Shown piece after piece: positions 36,938 to 48,675 of a stretch of 64,000 bases of DNA. The position numbers were made by a program, and so were the translations under genes. This DNA is from Takakia lepidozioides (taxonomy: Eukaryota > Plantae > Bryophyta): NCBI GenBank assembly GCA_030704615.1, contig CM060732.1:2604001-2668000 (forward strand), given 5' to 3'. Each line of letters starts with the position of its first letter. Position 1 is the stretch's first letter. The notes under the pieces are model-generated. The model made no database searches. It saw nothing but the letters and a program-made list of their open reading frames with translations, and was not told the origin of the DNA.

Positions 36938-38520
36938 CATGCAGGTAATTCGAAGAGCGGATGGATGGAAATCCGGCACCGGATTTCCATCCGCCAGGTA
37001 AGTCAGCGCGCAAAATTTCCGTCATGCAGGTAATTCGAAGAGCGGATGGATGGAAATCCGGCGCCGGATTTCCATCCGCCAGCTAAGTCGGCGCGCAAAA
37101 TTTCCATCATGCAGGTAATTCGAAGAGCGGATGGATGGAAATCCGGCGCCGGATTTCCATCCGCAAGGTAGGTCGGCGCGCAAAATTTCCCTCATGCAGG
37201 TAATTCGGAGCGCGGATGGATGGAAATCCGGCGCCGGATTTCCATCCTCCAGGTATGTCGGCGCTGCAAATTCGGTAGGGCGGCGCGCCAAATTTCCCTC
37301 ACGCAGGTAGTTCGGAAGCGGATGGATGGAAATCTGGCGCCGGATTTCCATCCGCGCAGGTAGGGCGACGTGCCAAATTTCCCTCACGCAGGTAATTCCG
37401 AAGCGGATGGATGGAGATCCGGCGCCGAATTCCCATCCGGCAGGCAACTCGAATCCCGGATGGATGGAGATCCGGCGCTGGAGATCCGGCGCCGAATTTC
37501 CATCCAGCAGGTAAGTCGGATCGCTGGCGTATGGAGATTCGGCGCCGAATTTCCATTCGCCAGGAATTTCGAAGCGCTGAATTACCTTCCTGCAGGTAAT
37601 TCTGAGCGTGTCCGATTGATTTTTCGGATTTTTCTTGGAATCCTTCACTGCTAGAGGCAAATCGGAACAGCCTCGGACGGAAATTCGGCGCCGAATTTCC
37701 ATCCGGGGGATGGTCTCTGTCGGAGAGGTGCCGGCCTCTCCGCCGCTCTGTTGGATATTCGGTGCCGACATGACTTCCTTTGGGGGGGCCCGGATGGAAA
37801 TTCGGCACCGAATCTCCATCCAGGGGATGCTCTCTGTCGAACACGTGCCGGCCTCTACGCCCGAGGCGACTTCATCCGGGCGTCCCCTGTTGGATATTCG
37901 GTGCCGAATTTCCGTCCGGGGTTGAAATGTGACGGCCAGGTGCCGGCCTCTCCCCCCTCCCCGACTGCATCCGAACCGCCCCGGATGGAAATTCGGTGCC
38001 GTTTTTTCATCTGGGGAGGTTTTTATGTCGGCCAGTTTTCGGCCTGACCCCCCGACACGACTTCCTTTGGGGGGGCCCGGATGTAAATTCGGCGCCGAAT
38101 CTCCATCCGGGGGATATTCTCTGTCGCACACGCGCCGGCCTCTGCGCCCGAGGCGACTTCATCCGGGCTTCCCCTGTTGTATATTCGGTGCCGAATTTCC
38201 GTCCGGGGGTTGTAATGTGAGGGCCAGATGGCGGCCTTTCCCCCGAGCCGACTGCATCCGAAAGGCCTCGGATGGAAATTCGGCGCCGTTTTTCCATCCG
38301 CGGAGGTTTTTATGTCGGCCAGTTTTCGGCGTGACCCCCCGACAGGACTTCCTTTGGGGGGATCCGAATGGAAATTCGGCGCTGAATTTCCATCCGAGGG
38401 ATGTTCTTTGTCGGACAGGTGCCGGCATCTCTGCCCCAGACGACTTCATCCGTGCGGCCCCTGTTGGATATTGGGTGCCGAATTTCCATTCGGGGGTAGT
38501 AATGTGACTGCACGGTGCCG
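36938..38520. repeat. B-type palindrome arrays GGATGGAAAT(C/T)CGGCGCCG(G/A)ATTTCCATCC
   Basis: 85-bp tandem units (36938, 37023, 37108, 37193), then sites about 96 bp apart in a roughly 287-bp higher-order repeat (37796, 38083, 38370). Confidence 0.9.
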
Positions 38521-38775
38521 GCTTCTCCCCTTCAGCCGACATCATCCGGACGGCCCCCCACTTTCTGACTGCATACCGTTGGCAGTTATTGCGCAAAGAC
38601 CAGGGGCCGCATTCCGGAGACAAGGTTCATTAACACTCTGACTGTGGATTTTTGATTTGGATCAGGCTTCGTCGCTCGGACAAATCGGTACCACATTCCT
38701 TCCCATCGCTGCATCCCCCTTCTACCAGGGAGCTTGCCCGCACGCCATCCTGGCAGTCTTGTGTGCACATCTTCC

Positions 38776-40677
38776 ATGGCGGAAAACCCGAGCGCTACAG
38801 TGTACTGCCCTCCTCACGAGCATAGAGCTTCATTTCCGTGCAGAGGGGACATCTGCCGGGTGATGGAGAAATATCTGTGCGTTCGATACCACCTGAAACT
38901 GGGGTCGGTTTTTTTGGAGGAGGAAAGGAAGGACTCAAACGGCCTTGTTGTCGAGAGTATTGTTGTGCTCCACGATGATTTCGGCGATGGCAGGGAATGG
39001 CGAGTTCCACCATCGGACAGCGTCATATACAGGGCTGTTGGGGACTTCATTTGCCCGCCAAATGCACCTTCTATCCTGGCGCCTTCCACGAAACAATCCG
39101 CGAATCAGAGAGTGGCTACCTCAAAGAGAGAAGTCCGCAACGAAGTAAATCCAGAGCCGAACCCATCCATGAAGACGAGCGAGAACCGGGTTGTTCACAA
39201 CCTGTCCGACTCAAACGAGATCATGGAAGTTCCGAGGTCGTCCTGGAGATCAGGCAAGTCCTCAATGGACGTCAGTGGAGGAGGGAGTCATATTCCCAGC
39301 ACGAGCACCGCAGTTCGATCTATTCTTGAAATTTTGCGAGGGCTTCACCTGGAGGGACACCGGTCGGAGCTGGCCGGGCTGGACTACAGCAAGTTCGCAA
39401 TTAAATCGGTTACATGCCTTCCCGCCGACGTCGACGGTAATATCTTCTTTGAGTTCCCTCCTCGGGCAGACTACTCGAGGGCGTCCGGAATGTTGACAGA
39501 TATGGATAGAAAACATGACGGTCATCCTTGGTGCCAAAACCACCAGCATGAAGATGCTCGATGGTGTGCGGGTGCGCTACGTTGTTTGTGCGGGCGCGTT
39601 GCGGTGTTTCTCCCCAACTTGCTTCCACTTTAAATCCAGAGGTCACAGGAACGAGACCGATTGGACAGGCACAGCTCATCAACCATTTCGAGCTCAGGAG
39701 AAGGTTCCGAACTCCACATTTAAGTGTGCGCATTGCAAAGAACCACCACACTGCATGTCTGTTTGTAATGCCAAGCAGTTCTATGTGTTGCACCGTTTCC
39801 CTGACCTCACCCGAGCTTGCATACACGTTGGTTCCCATTGTCACAAATTGGCGAGGGGGAACTCGCGGGAGGCTGCCCACGAGGCAGAGCAGCTCGTTCA
39901 GGAGGAGGTTAAGTTGAGACCGGGTGCCAAACCCAAACAGATACAGCTCCAAGCCGCCCATAAGATGGCATTGGCCAGAATTATGTCGGAAGACGGCTCC
40001 GATAGAGTTCCTCTCGATGAGAAGGAAATGGAGGCATTGCTGGAGTCGGTGTCCCACGTATGTTCACCGAATGTCCGAAACCACATTGTCTCATGCAAAC
40101 AGAAAATTGGGCGTGGCTCGGATATGCACTCCATTCCGGAGGTGAAGTGACGATGTGGATATGACTACATTCATGGAAATAGGTTTCCAGGACAAGGGAC
40201 TGAGGCAGATCGTTGTTTCGTATTCAAAATGTCCACGTGTGGACCTGGCAGCGGCGTTGAACTGGTCGACAGGATGACGAGTGGGGACTTGTCAAACAGT
40301 TGGGTCATGTTCGACCATATCAAGCGAATTACAAATCACCAGTGGGTGACAATGGGGGCACATGTCTACGACACCCACTGCAGGATGTAATGACAATTGC
40401 TATTTGTGAGATGAAAGGAGAGGACACACAATCGGAGATGCTTCTTTGGCAGGGAATAAACAAACAGATGGCCAAGGCGGGATTGCCCCCTCCCAATTTC
40501 CGTGGTTTCATGGCGGACAACGCACAAGCAAATTGGGCTGCCATCCGAAGGGTGTACGGGCAAGACCCCAATGTTCCCATGGAAGGCAAAGAGAGATCTT
40601 GTGGGTTCCATTTTCTGCAGAGCCTTTCGCAGTACACAACCAGGCTCGTGGCGCCAGATTTCAGAGAGGAGCACCGT
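38776..40677 (+). pseudogene. MULE-B transposase (diverged paralog), 3'-truncated
   Basis: MAENPSATVYCPP...DMDRKHDGHPWC, CAGALRCFSPTC, HVGSHCH, WVMFDHIKR, FMADNAQA, CGFH; frameshifts and a stop; ends at REEHR. Confidence 0.88.
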
Positions 40678-41020
40678 TTCTCTTTTTTGGGCCGAAAACT
40701 GGCTAAGTCCCAACATGCACTGGTACCGTGTCTGGAAAAATGGCGCCGAATTTCTTTTTTTTTGGGCCGAAAACTGGCTAAGTCCCAACATGCACTGGTA
40801 TAGTGTTTGGTAAAATGGCGCCAAATTTCCCTATTTTGCGCCGAAAACTGGCTAAGTCCGAACATGCACTGGAAAAATGGCGCCGAATTACCTGTCATGA
40901 GGGGACCTATAGCCGCGGAATTCGGCACCATTTTTCGCCAGAGAGACCTATTACCTCGAAATACGTCGCCATTTTTTCAGGATACGGACCCTATTACCGC
41001 GAAATTCGGCGCCATATTTG
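40678..41020. repeat. C/B-type palindrome cluster replacing the 3' end of transposase B
   Basis: GGAAAAATGGCGCCGAATT and AACTGGCTAAGTCCC repeats. Confidence 0.75.
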
Positions 41021-41448
41021 CACATGTCGCTGGGAATTGGCATGAGTGGAAGACGAAATATCATGAGCACAACTGTCAAAACTACAATTTTCCCTTCAAG
41101 GGGCCGAATAATATATTTGTTTTTCCTGACACATTGCATTAAATTATTGTTTTTTTATTGTTTTTTATTTTCAAAATTTGTACTTCAGCTCATGAAAACC
41201 GATTGTTTTACTACTCCGCTCATGCCGCTCATGCCGCTCATGCTCATGAAATAGCTAACCTCCCATGCTGGAACGGAAATGCGGTATGGCATTTTGGTCC
41301 AATGGGACTAGGAACTCACGGTAGAAAATAATAGCGACAGCGCATTTTCATCGACTGGGACACTTTGGATAGGAATATTTACCGTCTGGAATATTTACAA
41401 CTGTGCATAGCAAGAATAAGTGTTCAGCTTGCCAAAATTGCCACCCTC

Positions 41449-43137
41449 CATCCGAGGCGGTTGCAGCTTTCGAAGGGCGACCTCAAAAGCGGAAGAAGCG
41501 TTGATGGGGACATCAACCTTGGAGCGTGGGGGAGGAAATGCATGCTTAGCCCGGTTTAGCTAGCTCAGGAATCCAATTGCAAAAACTTGTATTGTACAAA
41601 AATTTGTTATAAAGGAAATGGGTTCCAAATATTGTGCGTCCTATTGTGTTTGGAATGGTGATGCATGGCGTGGTTGGCTAGTGTATAGAATGCATGCTAG
41701 CTTACAAAAGTAGGAGAGGTAAATTGGGTTAATCATGTGTTTGCGCAGTGCCGAAATCGGGTGACTCCCATCCAAGGGGCAAGGAAACTTGCGCCTTCTT
41801 TGGGAGTTCACGTGCTAGTGCGCACCTGGCGCGTGCGCGTACTATAACTGCGCTACCGAGGGGGTTGCCTTGTAGTGCGGGCTAACGCGGAAGCTACGTG
41901 CTTCCGTTCACGTACTATAATCGTGTAGCCTCGGGACGAAGTCGTAGTGCGGCTTCGGCGTGTTCCCGTACCTCAGGCCAGCATTCCAAGGCGGACCCAA
42001 TTGTAGTGATTGGGGCGCACGGTTGGTTCAAGGTTATCTTCCTAGTCAAAGAGGGTTCCAGGTGAACCCTTGCTCAAGGTGATGCCAAAAGCGGCATCAT
42101 GAGCGATCGCAAGCAATGTTGTTGCAGTAAGGCGATTCGATCCTCGGGGAGGATCGTTCCTTGGCCTTGAAGTAGGCCAAGAAGAGTGCACTGGGAGGAG
42201 CTTGAGAGGCTCCACCCTTGGCCGGGACTTGGAGGAAGTCGGCCGAACTAGCTAGTGGAGAGTAGAGTCAAGTGTGGGGTTTGGTTCCTTGCCATGGGAC
42301 GCCATGGTCCGGAAACAAACTCCTTGATGTGGGACGCCACAACTTGGATGTTCGTTTCTACAAAATGGACAAGTCGATGAGGACATCGACTCCCTGTTGG
42401 TAGGGGTGTGTGTCGCGGCCCTTTGGCTTGAGGGCAGGGAGGTCGGGACTCAAGAGGGGCTGCCCCTGTGGTGGGGGCAGTGGCAGCAATAGGTACGGGG
42501 GCTGAAGCACCCTTGAGTGCCCAAGGCACTCAAGGAGGCGGAGGCGCTCACTAGGTGGAGCCCCGCACACCGGGTTGCGGTGGGGGAGGCTCCACAAGGG
42601 GTGGTGGTAGCTTAGCGGGACTTAGTGGGGGTGGCATAGGACTCACCATGGGGGCGGAGACCTCGTGGTGGGAGTCGTGGGGAGTCTTGGGACTCATCAC
42701 GGTCCATAGGGGCCGTGGTGAGCGGGCCAAGACTCACCGCGACTCATCACCGGGAGTCGAGGGTTTTCGTGGTGGTTCGCCATAAAATGGCATGGCTGGT
42801 TGTGGAACCCCCGCGGACAGCTATAGAAGTATATATAAGGGGAGTAGTGACCCCGAGAACGGTGCAAGCCCATTGGTGACCAAAAACTAGTGAGTAAGCG
42901 AGCGAGCCGGAAAGCGACCAAAGAGTGGGGAGCTGTTCCGGACTGCCATCTACCAAAGGGAATTCTCCTAGTCCCAATTAGGTGGAGGGTTTAGAGGGAA
43001 GCGAAGGGGGACCGTTATGTCCCGGTGAGCAGCCGAAGCTCCAAGTTGGCCGGGCGGCCAGGTTGGGAGTCAGGCGCGCGCATCAAAGCGAGTAACTATG
43101 ACTTGAAGGGGAGCTTATCGAAGTGAGGTGCGCGACA
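41449..43137 (+). mobile_element. 3' remnant of LTR family 2: non-coding or degenerate internal region, PPT-like end and LTR (42411-43137)
   Basis: GAGGACATCGAC...TTGGTAGGGG precedes TGTCGCGG...CGCGACA, homologous to the solo LTR at 34122-34848. Confidence 0.75.
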
Positions 43138-43690
43138 TTGTCCTATAAAAACTTTCGATTGCCCAACATGAAAATGCGGCGCCGCATTTCCAAAACAGAC
43201 ATCGTTGTTTGTCCAATTCCAGACCCGTGTGGGCATTCCGTCTAGCTGGACGGAAATGCGGCACCGCATTCCATTGTCCAATACGATATTTTGATGACGA
43301 ACATGGAAATGCGGTGTCGCATTTCCAGAACGGACATCGTTGTTTGTCCAATTCCAGACCCTTCGACGGAAATGCGGCACCGCATTCCATTGTGCTCTCC
43401 GGAAATGCTGTGCCGCATTTCATTGTCCGGTACGAAATTTCGATGACAAACATGGAAATGCGGTGGCGCATTTCAAGTATGGACATGGATAAGCATTAGC
43501 GACTGGACATGCTCGGACAAATGAAGGTCCAATATGGAAATGCGGCGCCGCCTTTCCAATTCGAAGTATGGTAATGCCATGTCAGGAAATGAAATGTTGT
43601 ACAACATTTCCGTTACGACGACAACGGAGGAAAGGGAGCTGCTAGAAATCGTTGCATGGAGAAAAATGAAATGCGGTGCCGAATTTCTGA
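43138..43690. repeat. A-type palindrome cluster
   Basis: About 9 copies of GAAATGCGGNNCCGCATT(T)CC. Confidence 0.85.
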
Positions 43691-43963
43691 GCTTCGGCGT
43701 GTACATGTTTCTTTTTACTCATACATGGATTTCTTCACCTCAGGACTCTGATATCGCTGACTCTGGTATATTCATATGGACAGACACATTGTAGAAATGA
43801 GACCTCAAATTGTAAACAGTGGGCCAATTACGGCAGTTCTTGAACACGATGAAACACAAGCACAGAGAAGACAGGTACGATGGATTGTTTTATTGATCGA
43901 ACACGGTGTGTCACATTTAGCAACTCCAGACAAACCTAAGCCCTTCCTCCTTCTACATGGGCG

Positions 43964-44810
43964 TCACCAAGTCGACGGAACTTTGATAGCCCTCAAAACA
44001 AGCTCATTACTGATGCGGCACCTCGAGGTAAACTGCAATGCGGTCGATCTGGCGCCCTTGGTGGAGCTGACGACAATGTCATGCCCATCAATCATACCAC
44101 CATCATACATTGACAAGGTCACTGTGGGCCTCCTGTGCCCGTGCGATTCGTCTTTGCAACTCAGCCGAATGTCTCCATACACTGGAAAAGCGGAGTGAAC
44201 TCCCCGAATATAGTTTTCCCCGGTGCCGTCCTCCCTGGTCCACTGGCAGCAGTTCCAGCACCAAAGTGAGGCCGTGCGTGATCTGTCCGGCATCCCATTC
44301 CACCTTGGTATATCGAGGTCAACAATTTTCAGGACCCACGGACCGCATTGACCCTCGCCCTCACCTCGCTCAAAGCGGTAATAGCCCTCCAGATACTCCA
44401 TTGCGCGCAAAGACTCCCGCTTGGTTCCAGAAGCGTCTGTGAAAACAGAGAGCCAGACAATTATGTCTCCTAATTCTGGTTTGAACATAGCATAATCGTG
44501 GCCATGATAAGGGCAGTCAGCAGGATTTCGGCGGCATGGCATCCTTGAAAAAGAGTAGCGGAGTACGCTCAATGACAGCAGCTCCCGGATGGAGGAGGCA
44601 GCAGCGCGGTGGCTAGAAGAAGTTCAAGCAAACGCTGCAATTCCTCACAAACACTCCAGGGCACATTTAAATTTCCCCCCGACAGGAACCTGCACGGATG
44701 ATGATTGGCTGCTCCATGAACGTAGCTGTTTCAGTTTCCTTCCCTGCCATTCCAACTATGGGCAGTAAGTGCCAGGTGGGCCTATAGCCACTCGAGACGA
44801 CGAAGTCCAT
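43964..44810 (-). pseudogene. Cargo gene Y
   Basis: ORF 43964..44572 (202 aa) plus a frameshifted 5' part starting MDF at 44810. Confidence 0.7.
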
Positions 44811-44853
44811 CCCCCCTTCGATGTAAATGCGGCGTCGAATTTCCATCCGGGGG

Positions 44854-45290
44854 ATGGACTTCGGTGGCAGATTTCAAACTATACCCCGTGGATGAGAAAG
44901 AGGTATCGGTTCATCCACCGCTAGCGTGATGAACACGTTACACGATGATTGGTGGGTACGTGTGACCCAGATGCTCCATTATTGGAGCCCGCATTGCTCT
45001 TCCGCTTCTCATCATTTCGAAAATCTAAGGGCTTCATTGCTATCCGCAAGGTCATTGTCATCGGCATCAAAGACGTCCTCAGGTCCTCCTTTGCAAGGAT
45101 GCCGTGCTTCCGGAACCGGGACGACTGCCCTTATGGAGGCATCGATTATGCAATGTATTCGGCCACATCGGGAGACATCGTTATCTGGTACACAGATTAC
45201 ACAGAAGATACTGGTTCGAATGTGGAAACATTGTCCGCTTTTGAGTATATCCCAGGCCAGTACGCCTTCGAGCGGGGTGACGATCTTGGT
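44854..45290 (+). pseudogene. Cargo gene Y' (paralog of Y), 3'-truncated
   Basis: VLRSSFARMPCFRNRDDCPYGGIDYAMYSATSGDIVIW (ORF 44949..45311). Confidence 0.7.
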
Positions 45291-47124
45291 CTGTTATACT
45301 CATATGCATGAAGTGCTTGTACTGGTAAAGAATTGGATTCCAAAGGATATTTTGTGGCTCAAACTCACACCAAGAACAGCTTTCCAGACTTGTTTGCCAT
45401 ATGGTTATATGGTAACGGAGACTTCTAGTATAGCCAAGGGTGCATTGAAGCTTGAAAGAAACCCAGGCATATACGAGAGATATTACAGAAGAGAGTTTTG
45501 GTTATTGCCACATTAAGAGAAATGAAAGACATGGGACATGAGTGATGAAAGAGAAGCTAGACTCCAGAGATATTCAGCAAAAAGAGAAAGCCATCTGAAA
45601 GCTAATTATCCATATCTTTGGGAGAGAGGAATAGACATAGGGGAATCATCTGGACCTCTCACACCAGTAAGATCAGGGAGTACATCACCCATACCGGAAG
45701 AACTAGAGTTGGATGCCACTCCTTCTTTTTCTTTGCAAGAAAGATTAAGGGAATTGGTACGGGAAGAAGATCAATCACGAGATGAAAGATCTGAGGTACA
45801 TCCCTGGATAAAAGATTTGACATTCACCTTTCTTTCCTCCCAGCCTTCAAACTCTACTCGCTTAATGGATAGCAATGCTATCACATAAACCAGTGTTGGT
45901 AACCAACGTGCTCTTCCTCTACAGGCCACCTGATAAATCTTTATCACTCCTTTCTCCAGACCCCACTCAGGGTCAGCATCATGCACTCTCTTAAGAATGT
46001 TTTCTTTACAACCGTCTGGCAATTCCAAGAACCTCTGCAAGAATCGTTTGGACAATCTTTCCTTCTCAGTTTCACAGGGAATTTGATTCACATCAAATTC
46101 TTTAATTCTCCATCCACCATGATCCCACCAGATGATCTGGTTGTTCATGACCCAGTTCCCCAGTATGGTCGTCAAATGTCGTGCGGCTTTTACTCACCCA
46201 TCCCTTCGCTATCCGAGGCGGGAACCTCAAGATAGAAGAGTTGGAAATCTCTAAGCACTCAGCCCGCTCAGAACAATCAGTCATGACCTACAGCTAGTGT
46301 ATCATGGGGGTGTTTCCTATTTGTTTTCCTTCCCGCATTCATGTAAGCTAGTTACCTTACTGTTGGTATTTAAGTATCAGTTTGCTTCAGCAATCTATCG
46401 GATTCCATCCATTCATTCCACAGCTTCACTCAGGTCTCTCTACACAGTGTGAGTATGAAGTATGTATCAGATTAATATCTATCAAGTATCAGGCTGAAGC
46501 CATGGTGTCTCTATTCTGCTCTACATTACAACTCTACTTCTTGCATTCAGCCAGTATCAACAGATCGTTTTCCTCCTACTCCGTGCTCTCCCTCTTTCTC
46601 CTCAGAGATGCGCTCTCCGCTTCATTTCCAAGTTCTGATCCCCACGAAGTGATCCTCCTCCAGTCCCCGCTCCTCGCTTTATCTTCCTTTCCGTGGTTCT
46701 AACCGTTTCCCTCCCTAACCGTCATCCGTGAACTAACATGTTCCATTCGCATATGTTGTTCCCCACAGTCGTTCCTTGTCTTACTATCCGTTCCCTATGG
46801 TCGTGACAGCTGTGTCAAGCTGTGACTGGCTGTGTGAAACTGTGACTGGCTGTGCGACTGTGTTGGGCTGTGTCGGGCTGTGTCGAGCTGTGACTGGCTG
46901 TGACGGCTGTGTCGGCTGTGTCGGACTGTGACTGGCTATGACGGCTGTGTCTGGCTGTGGCGGCTGTGTCGGACTGTGACGGGCTGTGTCAGACTGTGAC
47001 AAGCTGTGTCGGACCATGACGGGCTGTGTAACCCTAAGGCTCCTGTTGGTCTCAGTCTGTGCAAAAATTAAGGGTACCCCACAGATCCCGTAAAAGTGCC
47101 TAAGTCCCAGACAGTCCTCTAACA
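45291..47124 (-). mobile_element. 5' fragment of a second gypsy family 1 copy: LTR (46177-47124), PBS and extra ORF; 45291-45820 (ORF end and gag start) is inverted
   Basis: 45821-47124 is colinear with 10797-12126; 45291-45820 is the reverse complement of about 10265-10798 (MSDEREARLQRYSAK on the + strand). Confidence 0.88.
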
Positions 47125-47399
47125 GCTCGTCGGATGGAAGGATGTGGGTGGGTGTGGATGAGGGCACCTATGAGGGATTGAGGTTGTAGGAAGGGGTGAT
47201 AGGTAGGATAAACGGATGTATAGGAGTGGAGGTGGGCGTGGATGAATTTTTTTCAAAGTAACATAGATTTAGCAAAATTTGGCGAGGGGGGGGGGTTTCA
47301 CGCCTGGCCCAATCGGGCATGTATATGATGTGGAAGTGGGTTTCGTAGGATGGATAAAAAAAAGACAATAATCGGGGCGGGTGGATGAATGTGACTATG

Positions 47400-47862
47400 A
47401 ATGAACCATGAGCGTGAAATGTGTGTAGTTCGCTATGTAAAAATGTCTGGGGAGAGAACCATGAGTATGAAATTGTGTGTAGTTCACTGCGTAGAAAAAA
47501 ATGGGGAGAGAACCATGAGTGTGAAATTGTGTGTAGTTCGTCGTGTAAGAAAAACTGGGGAGAGCACCATGAGTGTGAAATAGTGTGTAGTTTGCTGTGT
47601 AAAAAAGTCTGGGGAAAGAACCATGAGCGTGAACTTGTGTGTAGTTCGTTGTGTGCAAATGTCTGGGAAGAGAACCATGAGTATGAAATTGTGTGTAGTT
47701 CGCTATGTAGAAAAAAATGGGGAGAGAACCATGAGTGTGAAATTGTGTGTAGTTCGTTGTGTAAAAAAACCTGGGGAGAGAACCATGAGTGTGAAATAGT
47801 GTGTAGTTCATTGCGTAAAAAGATCTGGGGAGAGGACCATGAGTGTGAAATTGTGTGTAGCT
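47400..47862. repeat. 54-bp minisatellite, about 8.5 copies
   Basis: GAACCATGAGTGTGAAATTGTGTGTAGTTCG...GGGGAGA at 47403, 47456, 47510, 47564, 47618, 47672, 47726, 47780, 47834. Confidence 0.92.
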
Positions 47863-48675
47863 TAGGGAGCCAGCAGCACTGAGAGACTTGTGAAAGTAGA
47901 GTGTAGTATGAAGAGCGGAGGTGGGAAGATGGGGGAGCAATGTCCCCCAGTATCAAGTAGTCATGAGTAGCTTGAACGAAAGAGCTGCAATGTTCTGAAT
48001 TCCGGTGACTTGAGAGATAACGTATACGAGCATTCTGGGAAAAAAATGCAAGAGTCTCTGTGCATGGAGAGTGCAGCACAGATTGTCTTGTGATGTAGTA
48101 CAGTATCTGATAAATGGAAGAGCATTGCAGGCATGTGGTACATTAGCTGCCGACTGTTTGGATCTTGGTAGCAAATTGAATAGTAATTAAGAGGCATATC
48201 AGGGATGTGCACTAGTGAGTTGGCACAATTACAAAGCAAAGAATGCAGGATAAAGAAAGAGAGAAGGGGGTGGTGACAGTGTCTTTGGGGAGAGCTGCAC
48301 CAGACTCGCTGCTGGTTGTTGTGGAGTACATGAAGGGGAGGGGCAACATCCCCTGGGACATCCTCAGCTAGAGCAAATAACGCCCTTTGAATGAAGTAGT
48401 CAAGAGTAGGGGCCCATTGATGGGCTGCTGCATGATCTGGTAAGGCTACAGATATTTGAGAGTTTGAAGCAGAGTGAACTATATCTGCAGTAACGAGGAA
48501 GAACATTGGATTAGCCGTGGGCCAATAGTAATTGGAAGGAGTAGGGGGAGAGAGCAACAAGACAACACTATTGTAATATGTAGAGGGGCTCTTGGGAGGT
48601 AGACTTAGTGGGGAAGCACAGAAGGCAATGGTGGCAATGTGAGAGATGACCAGAGCAGAGTGTGCTGGTTAATTT

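Larger units (their letters stand above)
35334..41262. mobile_element. MULE subfamily B element (about 5.9 kb, internally deleted) with TIRs and TSD, inserted in the A-type palindrome region
   Basis: Left end GGGGGCTGCTATTTCATGAGC, right end GCTCATGAAATAGCTAACCTC(C); flanked by direct repeat CCCATGCTG(G) at 35325 and 41262; A-type sequence resumes on both sides. Confidence 0.85.

Noticed and set aside
42250-42385. Chromodomain before the LTR family 2 PPT
   Set aside because: Position fits, but the translation is too degenerate to support the call
47168-48079. 303-aa His/Ser-rich ORF and the opposite-strand Cys-rich ORF
   Set aside because: Explained by a stop-free 54-bp minisatellite; no independent coding evidence
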